Origin: a virus
Taxonomy: Duplodnaviria > Heunggongvirae > Uroviricota > Caudoviricetes
IMG/VR virus record: IMGVR_UViG_2737471833_000010
Span: 1-27,813 of that record
Direction: 5' to 3' (one strand)
DNA: 27,813 nt
Positions 15,548 to 23,929 of this stretch are shown one piece after another. The notes under the pieces are model-generated. The model was given only the letters and a program-made list of their open reading frames with translations. It did not search any database and had not been told where the DNA came from. The position numbers and the translations under genes are program-made. Within the stretch, counting starts at the first letter, position 1. Each line of letters begins with the position of its first letter.

Positions 15548-16062
15548 GCATAAGAGAACTAAACCTCACCAAAGAGCAGCACGATTGGCTGAATGGATGG
15601 CTTGAACTGTGGGGCGCATGGGTTTATTCAGGTCGTCTGGAAAAGCGCATGAGCAGCGTAATAGCGAAGTTCATGGAGAGCGTAGAGCCGGGAAGAGTTA
15701 TGACAAGGCCAATGTGCAATGATGATGATGGAATGTTGATTTCTCAGGTCGTCGATTCCGTCATGTACATTGACAAGAAAGCCTTTGGCATCCTCCTCAG
15801 CTACTACGCTCATGGTTCATCTAAGCGAGCAATTGCATCCTACTATCACGCGACTGCAAAGCCACGCAAGATGTGTGGACGTGGTGGCGATGGATGGAGA
15901 AAACCTTCACTGGCAACCTGTAGAAACGAAATTGACGACATCCTGAAAGCGTCGTTATTTGTTTTGTACCAACCAATGCAAAATGCTTTCAAAATGCGTA
16001 AACGTGTTGAGAAAGTTAAGCATGTTGCTGTTAAAAGCCTTGACATGCAATTATCCATTTAG
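15544..16062 (+). CDS. Putative late-gene antiterminator Q (non-lambda Q family) (172 aa)
   Basis: Position immediately after ninH and immediately before a consensus-like promoter, a short terminated leader, tRNAs and lysis genes. Contains Cys/His clusters. The family is not verified. Confidence 0.55.
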   Translation: MSIRELNLTKEQHDWLNGWLELWGAWVYSGRLEKRMSSVIAKFMESVEPGRVMTRPMCNDDDGMLISQVVDSVMYIDKKAFGILLSYYAHGSSKRAIASYYHATAKPRKMCGRGGDGWRKPSLATCRNEIDDILKASLFVLYQPMQNAFKMRKRVEKVKHVAVKSLDMQLSI

Positions 16063-16069
16063 CCATAAT
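16040..16069 (+). promoter_or_regulatory. Candidate late promoter pR' (-35 TTGACA, -10 CATAAT, 18-nt spacer), with qut expected nearby
   Basis: TTGACA at 16040-16045 and CATAAT at 16064-16069, overlapping the 3-prime end of the Q-like gene. Confidence 0.4.
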
Positions 16070-16080
16070 TAGAAGGTAAG

Positions 16081-16122
16081 CTGCCGTTAGTGACTCTTAA
16101 GTTGCAACGGTGGCTTTTTTTT
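16081..16122 (+). terminator. Candidate tR'-like intrinsic terminator
   Basis: GC-containing stem (CCGTT...AACGG, with flanking pairs) followed by a run of eight T at 16115-16122. Lies about 10-50 nt downstream of the candidate pR' start. Confidence 0.45.
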
Positions 16123-16126
16123 GTTT

Positions 16127-16201
16127 GGGTCAGTCGTATAAAGGTCATTACGGAAGGCTGTTAACCTTCTTATCGTGGTTCGAGTCCACGCTGTCCCGCC
16201 A
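16127..16201 (+). tRNA. tRNA-like gene, possibly degenerate tRNA-Asn(GTT)
   Basis: Hand-folded: acceptor GGGTCAG/CTGTCCC with one T-T mismatch, weak D-arm, anticodon stem GAAGG/CCTTC with loop CTGTTAA, T-arm CGTGG-TTCGAGT-CCACG, then G-CCA. Could be a pseudo-tRNA. Confidence 0.35.
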
Positions 16202-16206
16202 AATAT

Positions 16207-16282
16207 GCTGGTTTAGCTCCAATGGTAGAGCAGTCGCCTTGTAAGCGAATGGGTAGCGGTTCAAGTCCGTTAACCAGCACCA
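16207..16282 (+). tRNA. tRNA, anticodon TGT (Thr) by hand folding
   Basis: 76 nt: acceptor GCTGGTT/AACCAGC, D-arm GCTC-CAATGGTA-GAGC, anticodon stem GTCGC/GCGAA with loop CTTGTAA (anticodon at 16240-16242), T-arm AGCGG-TTCAAGT-CCGTT, discriminator A and encoded CCA. Confidence 0.65.
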
Positions 16283-16524
16283 TAACTGAGCCGTAGCCAC
16301 TGACTATCCTGGATTCATCAGTGATAGTTACGCTGCGGCATTCTACGCATGACCTTCGTGAAAGCGGGTGGCAAGAGGTTGCGCTAACAACCTCATGCCG
16401 TTTTGCCCGTGCATATCGGTCACGAACAAATCTGATTACTAAACACAGTAGCCTGGATTTGTTCTATCAGTAATCGACCTTATTCCTAATTAAATAGAGC
16501 AAATCCCCTTATTGGGGGTAAGAC

Positions 16525-16848
16525 ATGAAGATGCCAGAAAAACATGACCTGTTAGCCGCCATTCTCGCGGCAAAGGAACAAGGCATCGGGGCAATCCTTG
16601 CGTTTGCAATGGCGTACCTTCGCGGCAGATATAATGGCTGTGCGTTTACAAAAACAGTAATCGACGCAACGATGTGCGCCATTATCGCCTGGTTCATTCG
16701 TGACCTTCTCGACTTCGCCGGACTAAGTAGCAACCTCGCTTATATAACGAGCGTGTTCATCGGCTACATCGGTACTGACTCGATTGGTTCGCTTATCAAA
16801 CGCTTCGCTGCTAAAAAAGCCGGAGTAGAAGATGGTGGAAATCAATAA
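16525..16848 (+). CDS. S: Holin S, lambda class I, with dual start (107/105 aa)
   Basis: [38 protein letters not shown]...[17 protein letters not shown] is near-identical to recalled lambda S. The Met1-Lys2-Met3 dual-start motif is present. Confidence 0.95.
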   Translation: MKMPEKHDLLAAILAAKEQGIGAILAFAMAYLRGRYNGCAFTKTVIDATMCAIIAWFIRDLLDFAGLSSNLAYITSVFIGYIGTDSIGSLIKRFAAKKAGVEDGGNQ

Positions 16849-17308
16849 TCAACGTAAGGCGTTCCTCGATATGCTGGCGTGGTCAGAGGGAACTGATAAC
16901 GGACGACAGAAAACCAGAAATCATGGTTATGACGTCATTGTTGGCGGAGAGCTATTCACTGATTACTCCGATCACCCTCGCAAACTTGTCACGCTAAACC
17001 CAAAACTCAAATCAACAGCAGCCGGGCGCTATCAGCTTCTTTCCCGTTGGTGGGATGCCTACCGTAAGCAGCTTGGCCTGAAAGATTTCTCTCCGAAAAG
17101 CCAGGACGCTGTGGCATTGCAGCAGATTAAGGAACGTGGCGCTTTACCGATGATTGATCGCGGTGATATTCGTCAGGCTATCGACCGTTGCAGCAATATC
17201 TGGGCTTCACTTCCGGGGGCTGGTTATGGCCAGTTCGAGCATAAGGCTGACAGCCTGATTGCAAAATTCAAAGAAGCTGGCGGAACAGTCAGAGAGATTG
17301 AGGTATGA
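16832..17308 (+). CDS. R: Endolysin R (lytic transglycosylase) (158 aa)
   Basis: [51 protein letters not shown]... is near-identical to recalled lambda R. Confidence 0.95.
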   Translation: MVEINNQRKAFLDMLAWSEGTDNGRQKTRNHGYDVIVGGELFTDYSDHPRKLVTLNPKLKSTAAGRYQLLSRWWDAYRKQLGLKDFSPKSQDAVALQQIKERGALPMIDRGDIRQAIDRCSNIWASLPGAGYGQFEHKADSLIAKFKEAGGTVREIEV

Positions 17309-17742
17309 GCAGAGTAACCGCGATTATCTCCGCTCTGGTTATCTGCATCATCGTCTGTCTGTCATGGGCTGTTAATCATTACCGTGATAACGCCATGACC
17401 TACAAAGAGCAGCGCGATAAGGCCGCATCCATCATCGCTGATATGCAGAAGCGTCAACGTGATGTAGCAGAACTCGACGCCAGATACACAAAGGAGCTTG
17501 CTGATGCTAACGCGACTATCGAAAGTCTCCGTACTGATGTCTCTGCTGGTCGTAAGCGCCTGCAAGTCGCCGCCACCTGTGCAAAGTCAACGACCGGAGC
17601 CAGCAGCATGGGCGATGGAGAAAGCCCAAGACTTACAGCAGATGCTGAACTCAATTATTACCGTCTCCGAAGTGGAATCGACAGGATAACCGCACAGGTT
17701 AACTACTTGCAGGAGTACATCAGGACGCAGTGCCTTCGATGA
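17305..17742 (+). CDS. Rz: i-spanin Rz (145 aa)
   Basis: N-terminus [30 protein letters not shown] matches recalled lambda Rz: a TM helix followed by a coiled-coil periplasmic domain. Confidence 0.9.
   Translation: MSRVTAIISALVICIIVCLSWAVNHYRDNAMTYKEQRDKAASIIADMQKRQRDVAELDARYTKELADANATIESLRTDVSAGRKRLQVAATCAKSTTGASSMGDGESPRLTADAELNYYRLRSGIDRITAQVNYLQEYIRTQCLR
17504..17689 (+). CDS. Rz1: o-spanin Rz1 lipoprotein embedded in Rz (+1 frame) (61 aa)
   Basis: AAGGAG lies 7 nt upstream of the ATG at 17504. Signal peptide with lipobox LVVSAC, then a Pro-rich mature region. Embedded-in-Rz architecture as in lambda. Confidence 0.75.
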   Translation: MLTRLSKVSVLMSLLVVSACKSPPPVQSQRPEPAAWAMEKAQDLQQMLNSIITVSEVESTG

Positions 17743-17915
17743 TAGCGATAATTTTACTCATCATCCTTCACATCTGGCTCTGTAGACAGGATGGTGATCA
17801 CTTCTGGAGTGAATCCAGATTAAACATCTCATTGCTGATGCTTGAAGTTGAGCATCTGGCGCGCGGTAAGGGGCTGCGTTGAGATAAGAGCCAGTCATTA
17901 CAAATACCAGGATTT

Positions 17916-17942
17916 AGCCTCGCATTCGCGGGGCTTTTTATT
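17916..17942 (+). terminator. Candidate intrinsic terminator downstream of the lysis cassette
   Basis: AGCCTCGC attc GCGGGGCT followed by TTTTTATT. Preceded by an ATTACAAA motif at 17897-17904. Confidence 0.4.
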
Positions 17943-17963
17943 CCCAACTCTATAGGTAATTTT

Positions 17964-18485
17964 ATGACCCAGCATATTGGCGTAAAACTGATTAACGCCT
18001 TTCCGATGACGAGACAGGCATATAACGATTTTCGTGGCTGGCAGCTTCCTGCCGGAGAAAACGGCGAGGATGAAGGCTATCTGGTTGAATATCTTGATGG
18101 CGGAAAACCTAACACCGATCGCTTTGATGGCTACGTTAGCTGGAGTCCAAAAGAAGTATTCGAAAAGGCTTATCGTCCGGTATCAGGGCTAAGTTTCGGC
18201 CTTGCCATTGAAGCGCTCAAGTTGGGGAATAAAGTTTCCCGTGCTGGCTGGAATGGTAAGGGTATGTGGCTGGCATACGTTAAACCGTACACTGAGGCTG
18301 TTCATACTGGCAGTACGCCTTGCTTTTGCAGTCGCGTCTTTGAGTTGCCTGAAGGTACGCATGGAGAATCGAAACGATCTCCGAAACAACTTCCGTATAT
18401 CGCCATGAAAACAGCGGACGATAAATTAGTGCCGTGGCTGGCTAGTCAGACTGATGTTCTAGCAGAAGACTGGCAAATCATTTAA
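17964..18485 (+). CDS. Hypothetical protein (173 aa), possibly DUF2829-type
   Basis: Intact ORF with AGGT upstream of the ATG. Contains ...AGWNGKGMWL... The family assignment is from weak recollection. Confidence 0.5.
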   Translation: MTQHIGVKLINAFPMTRQAYNDFRGWQLPAGENGEDEGYLVEYLDGGKPNTDRFDGYVSWSPKEVFEKAYRPVSGLSFGLAIEALKLGNKVSRAGWNGKGMWLAYVKPYTEAVHTGSTPCFCSRVFELPEGTHGESKRSPKQLPYIAMKTADDKLVPWLASQTDVLAEDWQII

Positions 18486-18495
18486 CCATGTAGCC

Positions 18496-18529
18496 ATTAC
18501 AAAGCCCATCTACTGGTGGGCTTGATAAT
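18496..18529 (+). repeat. Conserved intergenic hairpin element, copy A (ATTACAAAGCCCA...TGGGCTTGATAATG)
   Basis: 7-bp stem AAGCCCA/TGGGCTT with an 8-nt loop, flanked by ATTACAA and GATAATG. Near-duplicate of the element at 19090-19128. Confidence 0.6.
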
Positions 18530-18718
18530 GAAACCGGAATTTATTCTGGGCAACCAGTTACGGCAGTACAGCGAAACAACCCAAGCCAGAAAGTGGGGAA
18601 ATAACACTGGCAGCCACTGAAAGATGAACCTCCAGCCTTATGGCAAAAAAGATTCTTTGTGGTGGCGGACTGATGGAAAGACATCCTAATCAAGCAACCA
18701 CTCTACAGGGTCATAATT

Positions 18719-19087
18719 ATGAACGACAAGCAAATTGAAAAAGAAATCGCAGCCAATGGTAAGGCGGCTCGCGTTACTCCTGAACACATTGCCAGCATAA
18801 TCGCCAGCGAACATTACTTTACGGCCGCTGATGGTGCTCGCTTTGCTCATGTGCGGAGAAGCGAAACATACAGCGTAAAAATCCCAGACCAGCCTGACGA
18901 GCTGGAGCTGCTGACATTCTGCGTTCTGGTGCTGAAGAATGGCTTTACGGTCACCGGGGAAAGCGCCTGCGCCAGCCCAGAGAACTTCGATGAAGAAATC
19001 GGGCGCAAGATTGCTCGCCAGAATGCTGTAAACAAAATCTGGATGCTCGAAGGTTACTTGCTGAAGCAGAAGCTAAGCGAACAGTAG
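18719..19087 (+). CDS. Hypothetical protein (122 aa), possibly Gp49/gene-66-type phage protein
   Basis: Intact ORF MNDKQIEKEIAANGKAARVTPEHIASIIASEHYF... Family recollection is weak. Confidence 0.5.
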   Translation: MNDKQIEKEIAANGKAARVTPEHIASIIASEHYFTAADGARFAHVRRSETYSVKIPDQPDELELLTFCVLVLKNGFTVTGESACASPENFDEEIGRKIARQNAVNKIWMLEGYLLKQKLSEQ

Positions 19088-19089
19088 TT

Positions 19090-19128
19090 ATTACAAAAGC
19101 CATTCCATACAGAGTGGCTTTGATAATG
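19090..19128 (+). repeat. Conserved intergenic hairpin element, copy B (ATTACAAAAGCCA...TGGCTTTGATAATGG)
   Basis: 7-bp stem AAAGCCA/TGGCTTT with a 12-nt loop and the same ATTACAAA and GATAATG flanks as copy A. Confidence 0.6.
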
Positions 19129-19249
19129 GCTTATACCCTACACGGGATAACTTAACTGATATCCCTTTTAACGGATAAACGGAGCCAATAATGGCAGAGA
19201 ATGTCGGCATTATGGCAGTGAAATTTGGATAAATCGGAGATTAGTACAT

Positions 19250-19600
19250 ATGCCGCCACGAATCCCAAAAGCCTGCCGTGTTCGCGGTTGCCGCCATACC
19301 ACCACAGATCCGTCAGGCTATTGTGAAAGCCACAAAAGCGAAGGCTGGAAGCAATACAAGCCAGGCCAGTCCCGGCACCAGCGCGGTTATGGTTCGAAAT
19401 GGGATGTTATCCGTGAACGTGTGCTCAAGCGTGACAAAGGCCTGTGTCAGTTATGTCTGCGTGCCGGTGTGGTGCGTGAGGCGAAAACCGTTGACCACAT
19501 CATTCCTAAAGCGCATGGCGGCACAGATGCCGACAGCAATCTGCAGAGCCTGTGCTGGCCGTGCCATAAGGCGAAGACGGCCCGTGAACGGCTAAAGTGA
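19250..19600 (+). CDS. Packaging-associated HNH endonuclease (116 aa)
   Basis: Zinc-finger Cys pairs CRVRGC...C and CQLC...CWPC, with HNH core ...VDHIIPKAHGGTDADSNLQSLCWPCH... Lies immediately upstream of terS, as in HK97-like cos phages. Confidence 0.8.
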   Translation: MPPRIPKACRVRGCRHTTTDPSGYCESHKSEGWKQYKPGQSRHQRGYGSKWDVIRERVLKRDKGLCQLCLRAGVVREAKTVDHIIPKAHGGTDADSNLQSLCWPCHKAKTARERLK

Positions 19601-19626
19601 TAATAATTCTCAACTGTCTGAGGGGA

Positions 19627-19686
19627 GGGGCGGGTCAAATCCCTGTGACCTGACGTCTTCCGGACTGCCCGCCCCATCGTTTTTTT
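19627..19686 (+). promoter_or_regulatory. Long GC-clamped hairpin with T-tract between HNH and terS (terminator-like; candidate cos/terminase recognition region)
   Basis: GGGGCGGG at 19627-19634 pairs with CCCGCCCC at 19668-19675. An internal GGTCA/TGACC stem and a GACGTC palindrome lie within the loop. Followed by ATCG plus seven T. Confidence 0.35.
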
Positions 19687-19725
19687 ATACCCGCGAAAAA
19701 TGAAATTTAACCAGGAGTGCCGCAT

Positions 19726-20220
19726 ATGGCTGGAACGGCGGGGCGTTCCGGGCGTCGCCCCAAGCCAACGGCGCGCAAGGCGCTGGCCGGAAACCCCGGC
19801 AAGCGAGCCCTGAACAAAGATGAACCTGTTTTTACGCCCATCAAAGGTGTTGAGCCACCGGAGTGGTTCGCTGAAGAAGATCTACCTCTCGCCACGATCA
19901 TGTGGCAACTGACAACCAAAGAACTCTGCGGTCAGGGCCTGCTGTGCGTGACTGACCTCGCGGTGCTTGAGCGGTGGTGCGTGGCCTATGAGTTCTGGCG
20001 ACGTGCCGTGAAAAATATTGCCATACAGGGCAACACCATCACCGGTGCAATGGGCGGCAGGGTTAAAAATCCGGAGCTGACCGCCAAAAAAGAACAGGAG
20101 TCCGAGATGAGCAGCACGGGGGCAATGCTCGGACTCGACCCCAGCAGCCGCCAGCGTCTGATTGGCCTGGCGGGGCAGAAGAAAGCCACTAACCCGTTTC
20201 TGAAAATCATCGAGTCATGA
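19726..20220 (+). CDS. Terminase small subunit, P27-type (164 aa)
   Basis: [34 protein letters not shown]... is the typical basic N-terminus of P27-family TerS. CAGGAG lies upstream of the ATG at 19726. Stop overlaps the terL start (ATGA). Confidence 0.8.
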   Translation: MAGTAGRSGRRPKPTARKALAGNPGKRALNKDEPVFTPIKGVEPPEWFAEEDLPLATIMWQLTTKELCGQGLLCVTDLAVLERWCVAYEFWRRAVKNIAIQGNTITGAMGGRVKNPELTAKKEQESEMSSTGAMLGLDPSSRQRLIGLAGQKKATNPFLKIIES

Positions 20221-21950
20221 GCCGGAAATCTTACCCCAACGTAAATGCTGCCAATCAGTATGCCCGTGATGTCGTGCGCGGAAAGATTGTGGCCTGCCAG
20301 TTTGTGATTCAGGCCTGCCAGCGCCATCTTGATGACCTGATGGCGGAAAAAAGTAAGTCGTTTCGTTACCGCTTCGACAAGGACCTGGCTGAACGGGCCG
20401 CCAAATTTATTCAGCTGTTGCCGCACACCAAGGGTGAGTGGGCATTCAAGAGGATGCCTATCACGCTGGAGCCGTGGCAGCTCTTTGTGATCTGCTGCGC
20501 GTTTGGCTGGGTCAATAAAGGCTCCCGGCTGCGCCGCTTCCGTGAGGTGTATACCGAAATCCCCCGTAAGAACGGCAAATCGGCAATCTCTGCCGGTGTC
20601 GCCCTGTATTGTTTTGCCTGTGATAACGAGTTCGGCGCGGAAGTGTATTCCGGTGCCACGACGGAGAAACAGGCATGGGAAGTCTTTCGTCCGGCAAGAC
20701 TGATGTGTAAACGCACACCCATGCTGACGGAAGCGTTCGGGATTGAGGTTAACGCTTCAAACATGAACCGTCCGGAGGATGGCGCGCGGTTTGAACCGCT
20801 GATCGGTAACCCCGGTGATGGTTCATCACCCCACTGTGCGGTGGTGGATGAATATCACGAGCACGCCACCGATGCGCTTTACACCACGATGCTTACCGGG
20901 ATGGGGGCGCGACGTCAGCCACTGATGTGGGCCATCACCACCGCCGGGTACAACATTGAGGGGCCGTGCTACGACAAGCGGCGGGAAGTCATCGAGATGC
21001 TCAACGGCTCGGTGCCTAACGATGAACTGTTCGGGATCATCTATACCGTTGACGAAGGTGACGACTGGACCGACCCGCAGGTGCTGGAAAAAGCCAATCC
21101 AAATATTGGCGTGTCGGTTTATCGCGAATTTTTGTTAAGTCAGCAGCAGCGTGCGAAAAATAACGCCCGTCTGGCAAACGTCTTTAAAACAAAACACCTC
21201 AATATCTGGGTGTCGGCGCGTTCGGCTTATTTCAATCTGGTGAGCTGGCAGAGCTGCGAGGATAAATCACTGACCCTTGAGCAGTTCGAGGGGCAACCGT
21301 GCATTCTGGCCTTTGACCTGGCGCGTAAGCTGGATATGAACAGCATGGCGCGACTTTATACCCGCGAGATTGACGGTAAAACGCATTACTACAGTGTGGC
21401 CCCGCGCTTCTGGGTACCGTATGACACGGTGTACAGCGTCGAGAAAAATGAAGATCGCCGGACAGCCGAACGCTTTCAGAAATGGGTGGAAATGGGCGTC
21501 CTGACCGTTACCGATGGTGCAGAGGTGGATTATCGCTACATCCTCGAAGAGGCCAAAGCGGCGAACAAAATCAGCCCGGTCAGTGAGTCACCCATCGACC
21601 CTTTCGGGGCGACCGGGCTGTCACATGACCTTGCTGATGAAGACCTGAATCCCGTTACTATCGTCCAGAACTTCGCCAATATGTCCGACCCGATGAAAGA
21701 GCTGGAAGCAGCGATTGAATCGGGGCGCTTTCATCATGACGGCAATCCCATCATGACCTGGTGTATCGGCAATGTGGTCGGCAAAAACATGCCTGGTAAC
21801 GATGATTTAGTGAAGCCCGTCAAGGAGCAGGCGGAAAACAAAATCGATGGTGCGGTTGCACTGATTATGACGATCGGTCGGGCAATGCTCAAAGAACCTG
21901 ACGATTTCCTCTCATCTCTTGATCCGGACGATGATCTCTTAATTCTATGA
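20217..21950 (+). CDS. Terminase large subunit (577 aa)
   Basis: Size, position and ATPase/nuclease-like motifs (e.g. ...[10 protein letters not shown]...) are consistent with Terminase_1-type TerL. Confidence 0.9.
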   Translation: MSRKSYPNVNAANQYARDVVRGKIVACQFVIQACQRHLDDLMAEKSKSFRYRFDKDLAERAAKFIQLLPHTKGEWAFKRMPITLEPWQLFVICCAFGWVNKGSRLRRFREVYTEIPRKNGKSAISAGVALYCFACDNEFGAEVYSGATTEKQAWEVFRPARLMCKRTPMLTEAFGIEVNASNMNRPEDGARFEPLIGNPGDGSSPHCAVVDEYHEHATDALYTTMLTGMGARRQPLMWAITTAGYNIEGPCYDKRREVIEMLNGSVPNDELFGIIYTVDEGDDWTDPQVLEKANPNIGVSVYREFLLSQQQRAKNNARLANVFKTKHLNIWVSARSAYFNLVSWQSCEDKSLTLEQFEGQPCILAFDLARKLDMNSMARLYTREIDGKTHYYSVAPRFWVPYDTVYSVEKNEDRRTAERFQKWVEMGVLTVTDGAEVDYRYILEEAKAANKISPVSESPIDPFGATGLSHDLADEDLNPVTIVQNFANMSDPMKELEAAIESGRFHHDGNPIMTWCIGNVVGKNMPGNDDLVKPVKEQAENKIDGAVALIMTIGRAMLKEPDDFLSSLDPDDDLLIL

Positions 21951-22111
21951 AATCACTAATTGCTGATGTTATCGGGCTGGCTGGTTTTGGCCTGCTTACG
22001 TGCGGGGTTTACCTGCAGTTTGGTATGGCTCCGGCTCTGATTTTGTCCGGTGCTTTACTGCTGGTGGGCGCACTGGCTATGGCCAGAAGGGGGACGCGTG
22101 CTGCTTGATGC
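21947..22111 (+). CDS. Small predicted two-helix membrane protein (54 aa)
   Basis: ATGA overlap with the terL stop. Hydrophobic product [49 protein letters not shown]. Overlaps the portal start by 14 nt. Confidence 0.3.
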
Positions 22112-23324
22112 TCTGTTCAGAAGTAAATCACTGGAGAATCCTTCCACCCCGATAACCGGGGATGCCGTTGATACTGATGGGCTGTTCCGGGCAGACGTTT
22201 ATGTCAGTCCTGAGACTGCGATGAAACTGGCTGCGGTGTATTCCTGTATCTATGTCCTGTCTTCCAGCCTTGCCCAGATGCCGTTGCATGTTATGCGCAG
22301 GCACAAGGGGAAGGTTGAACCCGCACGCGATCATCCGGCGTTTTATCTGGTTCATGATGAGCCCAATACCTGGCAAACCAGCTACAAATGGCGCGAACTG
22401 AAGCAACGTCACATCCTTGGCTGGGGGAATGGGTATACCTGGGTGAAACGTAATCGTCGCGGTGAAGTCATATCCCTGGATTGCTGTATGCCGTGGGAAA
22501 CGACGCTGATGAATACTGGTGGCCGATATACCTACGGTTTGTACAACGAATATGGGGCGTTTGCGATCAGTCCGGACGATATGATCCACATCCGTGCGCT
22601 GGGTAATAATCAGAAGATGGGGCTGAGTCCGATTATGCAACATGCCGAAACAATAGGCATGGGGATGAGCGGTCAGAAGTACACAGAAAGCTTCTTCAGC
22701 GGTAATGCCCGTCCGGCGGGGATAGTATCCGTTAAAAGCGGACTCAATAAGGAAAGCTGGGGCTGGCTTAAAGATCAGTGGCAGAAGGCATCGCAGGCGT
22801 TACGCCGCCAGGAAAACAAAACCATGCTGCTGCCAGCCGATCTGGATTACAAGGCACTGACTGTGTCGCCAGTTGACGCTCAGATCATTGACATGATGAA
22901 ACTGAACCGTTCAATGATTGCCGGTATTTTCAATATTCCTGCGCACATGATTAATGACCTCGAAAAAGCCACCTTCTCCAATATTTCTGCGCAGGCGATT
23001 CAGTTTGTCCGCTACACGATGATGCCGTGGGTGACGAACTGGGAGCAGGAGCTTAACCGTCGCTTGTTTACCCGCGCTGAGTTAGCCGCCGGGTATTACG
23101 TCAGGTTCAATCTGACGGGGCTTTTACGCGGAACTCCGCAGGAGCGCGCGCAATTCTATCACTTCGCTATTACCGATGGATGGATGAGCCGTAATGAGGC
23201 CCGCGCATTCGAGGATATGAATCCGGTTGAAGGGCTGGACGAGATGCTGGTAAGCGTGAATGCTGCTAACCCGGCAGGAGATTTTAAGCCCCCAAAAAAC
23301 GATGAGGGAAAAACCAATGAATGA
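22098..23324 (+). CDS. Portal protein, HK97 family (408 aa, GTG start)
   Basis: AAGGGGGA lies 4 nt upstream of the in-frame GTG at 22098. Length and position fit a portal. The ORF-track ATG start at 22050 lacks an RBS. Confidence 0.8.
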   Translation: MLLDALFRSKSLENPSTPITGDAVDTDGLFRADVYVSPETAMKLAAVYSCIYVLSSSLAQMPLHVMRRHKGKVEPARDHPAFYLVHDEPNTWQTSYKWRELKQRHILGWGNGYTWVKRNRRGEVISLDCCMPWETTLMNTGGRYTYGLYNEYGAFAISPDDMIHIRALGNNQKMGLSPIMQHAETIGMGMSGQKYTESFFSGNARPAGIVSVKSGLNKESWGWLKDQWQKASQALRRQENKTMLLPADLDYKALTVSPVDAQIIDMMKLNRSMIAGIFNIPAHMINDLEKATFSNISAQAIQFVRYTMMPWVTNWEQELNRRLFTRAELAAGYYVRFNLTGLLRGTPQERAQFYHFAITDGWMSRNEARAFEDMNPVEGLDEMLVSVNAANPAGDFKPPKNDEGKTNE

Positions 23325-23919
23325 CCGTGAAATCCGTTGTTACAGCGGTGAGGTGCGTGCTGAGAGGCATGACGATAACCCGGCGCACATTATCGGTTAT
23401 GGATCGGTGTTTGACTGTCGTTCTGAGCTGATATTCGGTTCATTCCGCGAAATCATCCGGCCCGGCGCTTTTGACGATGTGCTTGGTGATGATGTACGCG
23501 CACTGTTTAACCACGATCCTAATTTTATTCTTGGGCGTAGTGCAGCAGGCACGCTGAATCTTTCAGTTGATGAGCGCGGATTGCGCTATGACATCCAGGC
23601 TCCGGAGACACAGACCATTCGTGATCTGGTGCTGGCCCCGATGCAACGTGGAGATATTAACCAGTCATCTTTTGCTTTCCGTGTCGCCCGTGACGGCGAG
23701 GAGTGGTATCAGGATGAGGACGGGGTTGTTATTCGCGAGATAACCCGCTTTTCCCGTCTGCTGGATGTCAGTCCTGTGACATATCCTGCCTATCAGGAGG
23801 CTGACTCGGCTGTTCGCTCCATGAAAGCATGGCAGGAGGCGCGCAACAGCGGCGCGCTACAGAAAGCCATTAATCAACGTATGGCGCGTGAACGCGTCCT
23901 GACCCTTCTTAACGCGTAA
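23317..23919 (+). CDS. Prohead maturation protease, HK97 family (200 aa)
   Basis: MNDREIRCYSGEVRAERHDDNPAHIIGYGSVFD... is typical of HK97-type prohead proteases. Lies between portal and capsid genes. Confidence 0.85.
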   Translation: MNDREIRCYSGEVRAERHDDNPAHIIGYGSVFDCRSELIFGSFREIIRPGAFDDVLGDDVRALFNHDPNFILGRSAAGTLNLSVDERGLRYDIQAPETQTIRDLVLAPMQRGDINQSSFAFRVARDGEEWYQDEDGVVIREITRFSRLLDVSPVTYPAYQEADSAVRSMKAWQEARNSGALQKAINQRMARERVLTLLNA

Positions 23920-23929
23920 AGGAAACATC

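Noticed and set aside
16283-16524. Shiga toxin or other toxin cargo between the tRNAs and the holin
   Set aside because: No ORF longer than about 15 codons is present in either orientation. The slot is empty in this phage.
17743-17963. A bor-like lipoprotein gene on the opposite strand after Rz, as in lambda
   Set aside because: No minus-strand ORF of suitable size is present. The interval holds only a hairpin and T-tract.
18496-18529. Sigma70 promoter formed by TTACAA (-35) and GATAAT (-10) within the repeated hairpin element
   Set aside because: The hexamers are 21-25 nt apart in the two copies, outside the workable 16-19 nt spacer range. The conserved feature is the hairpin, not a promoter.
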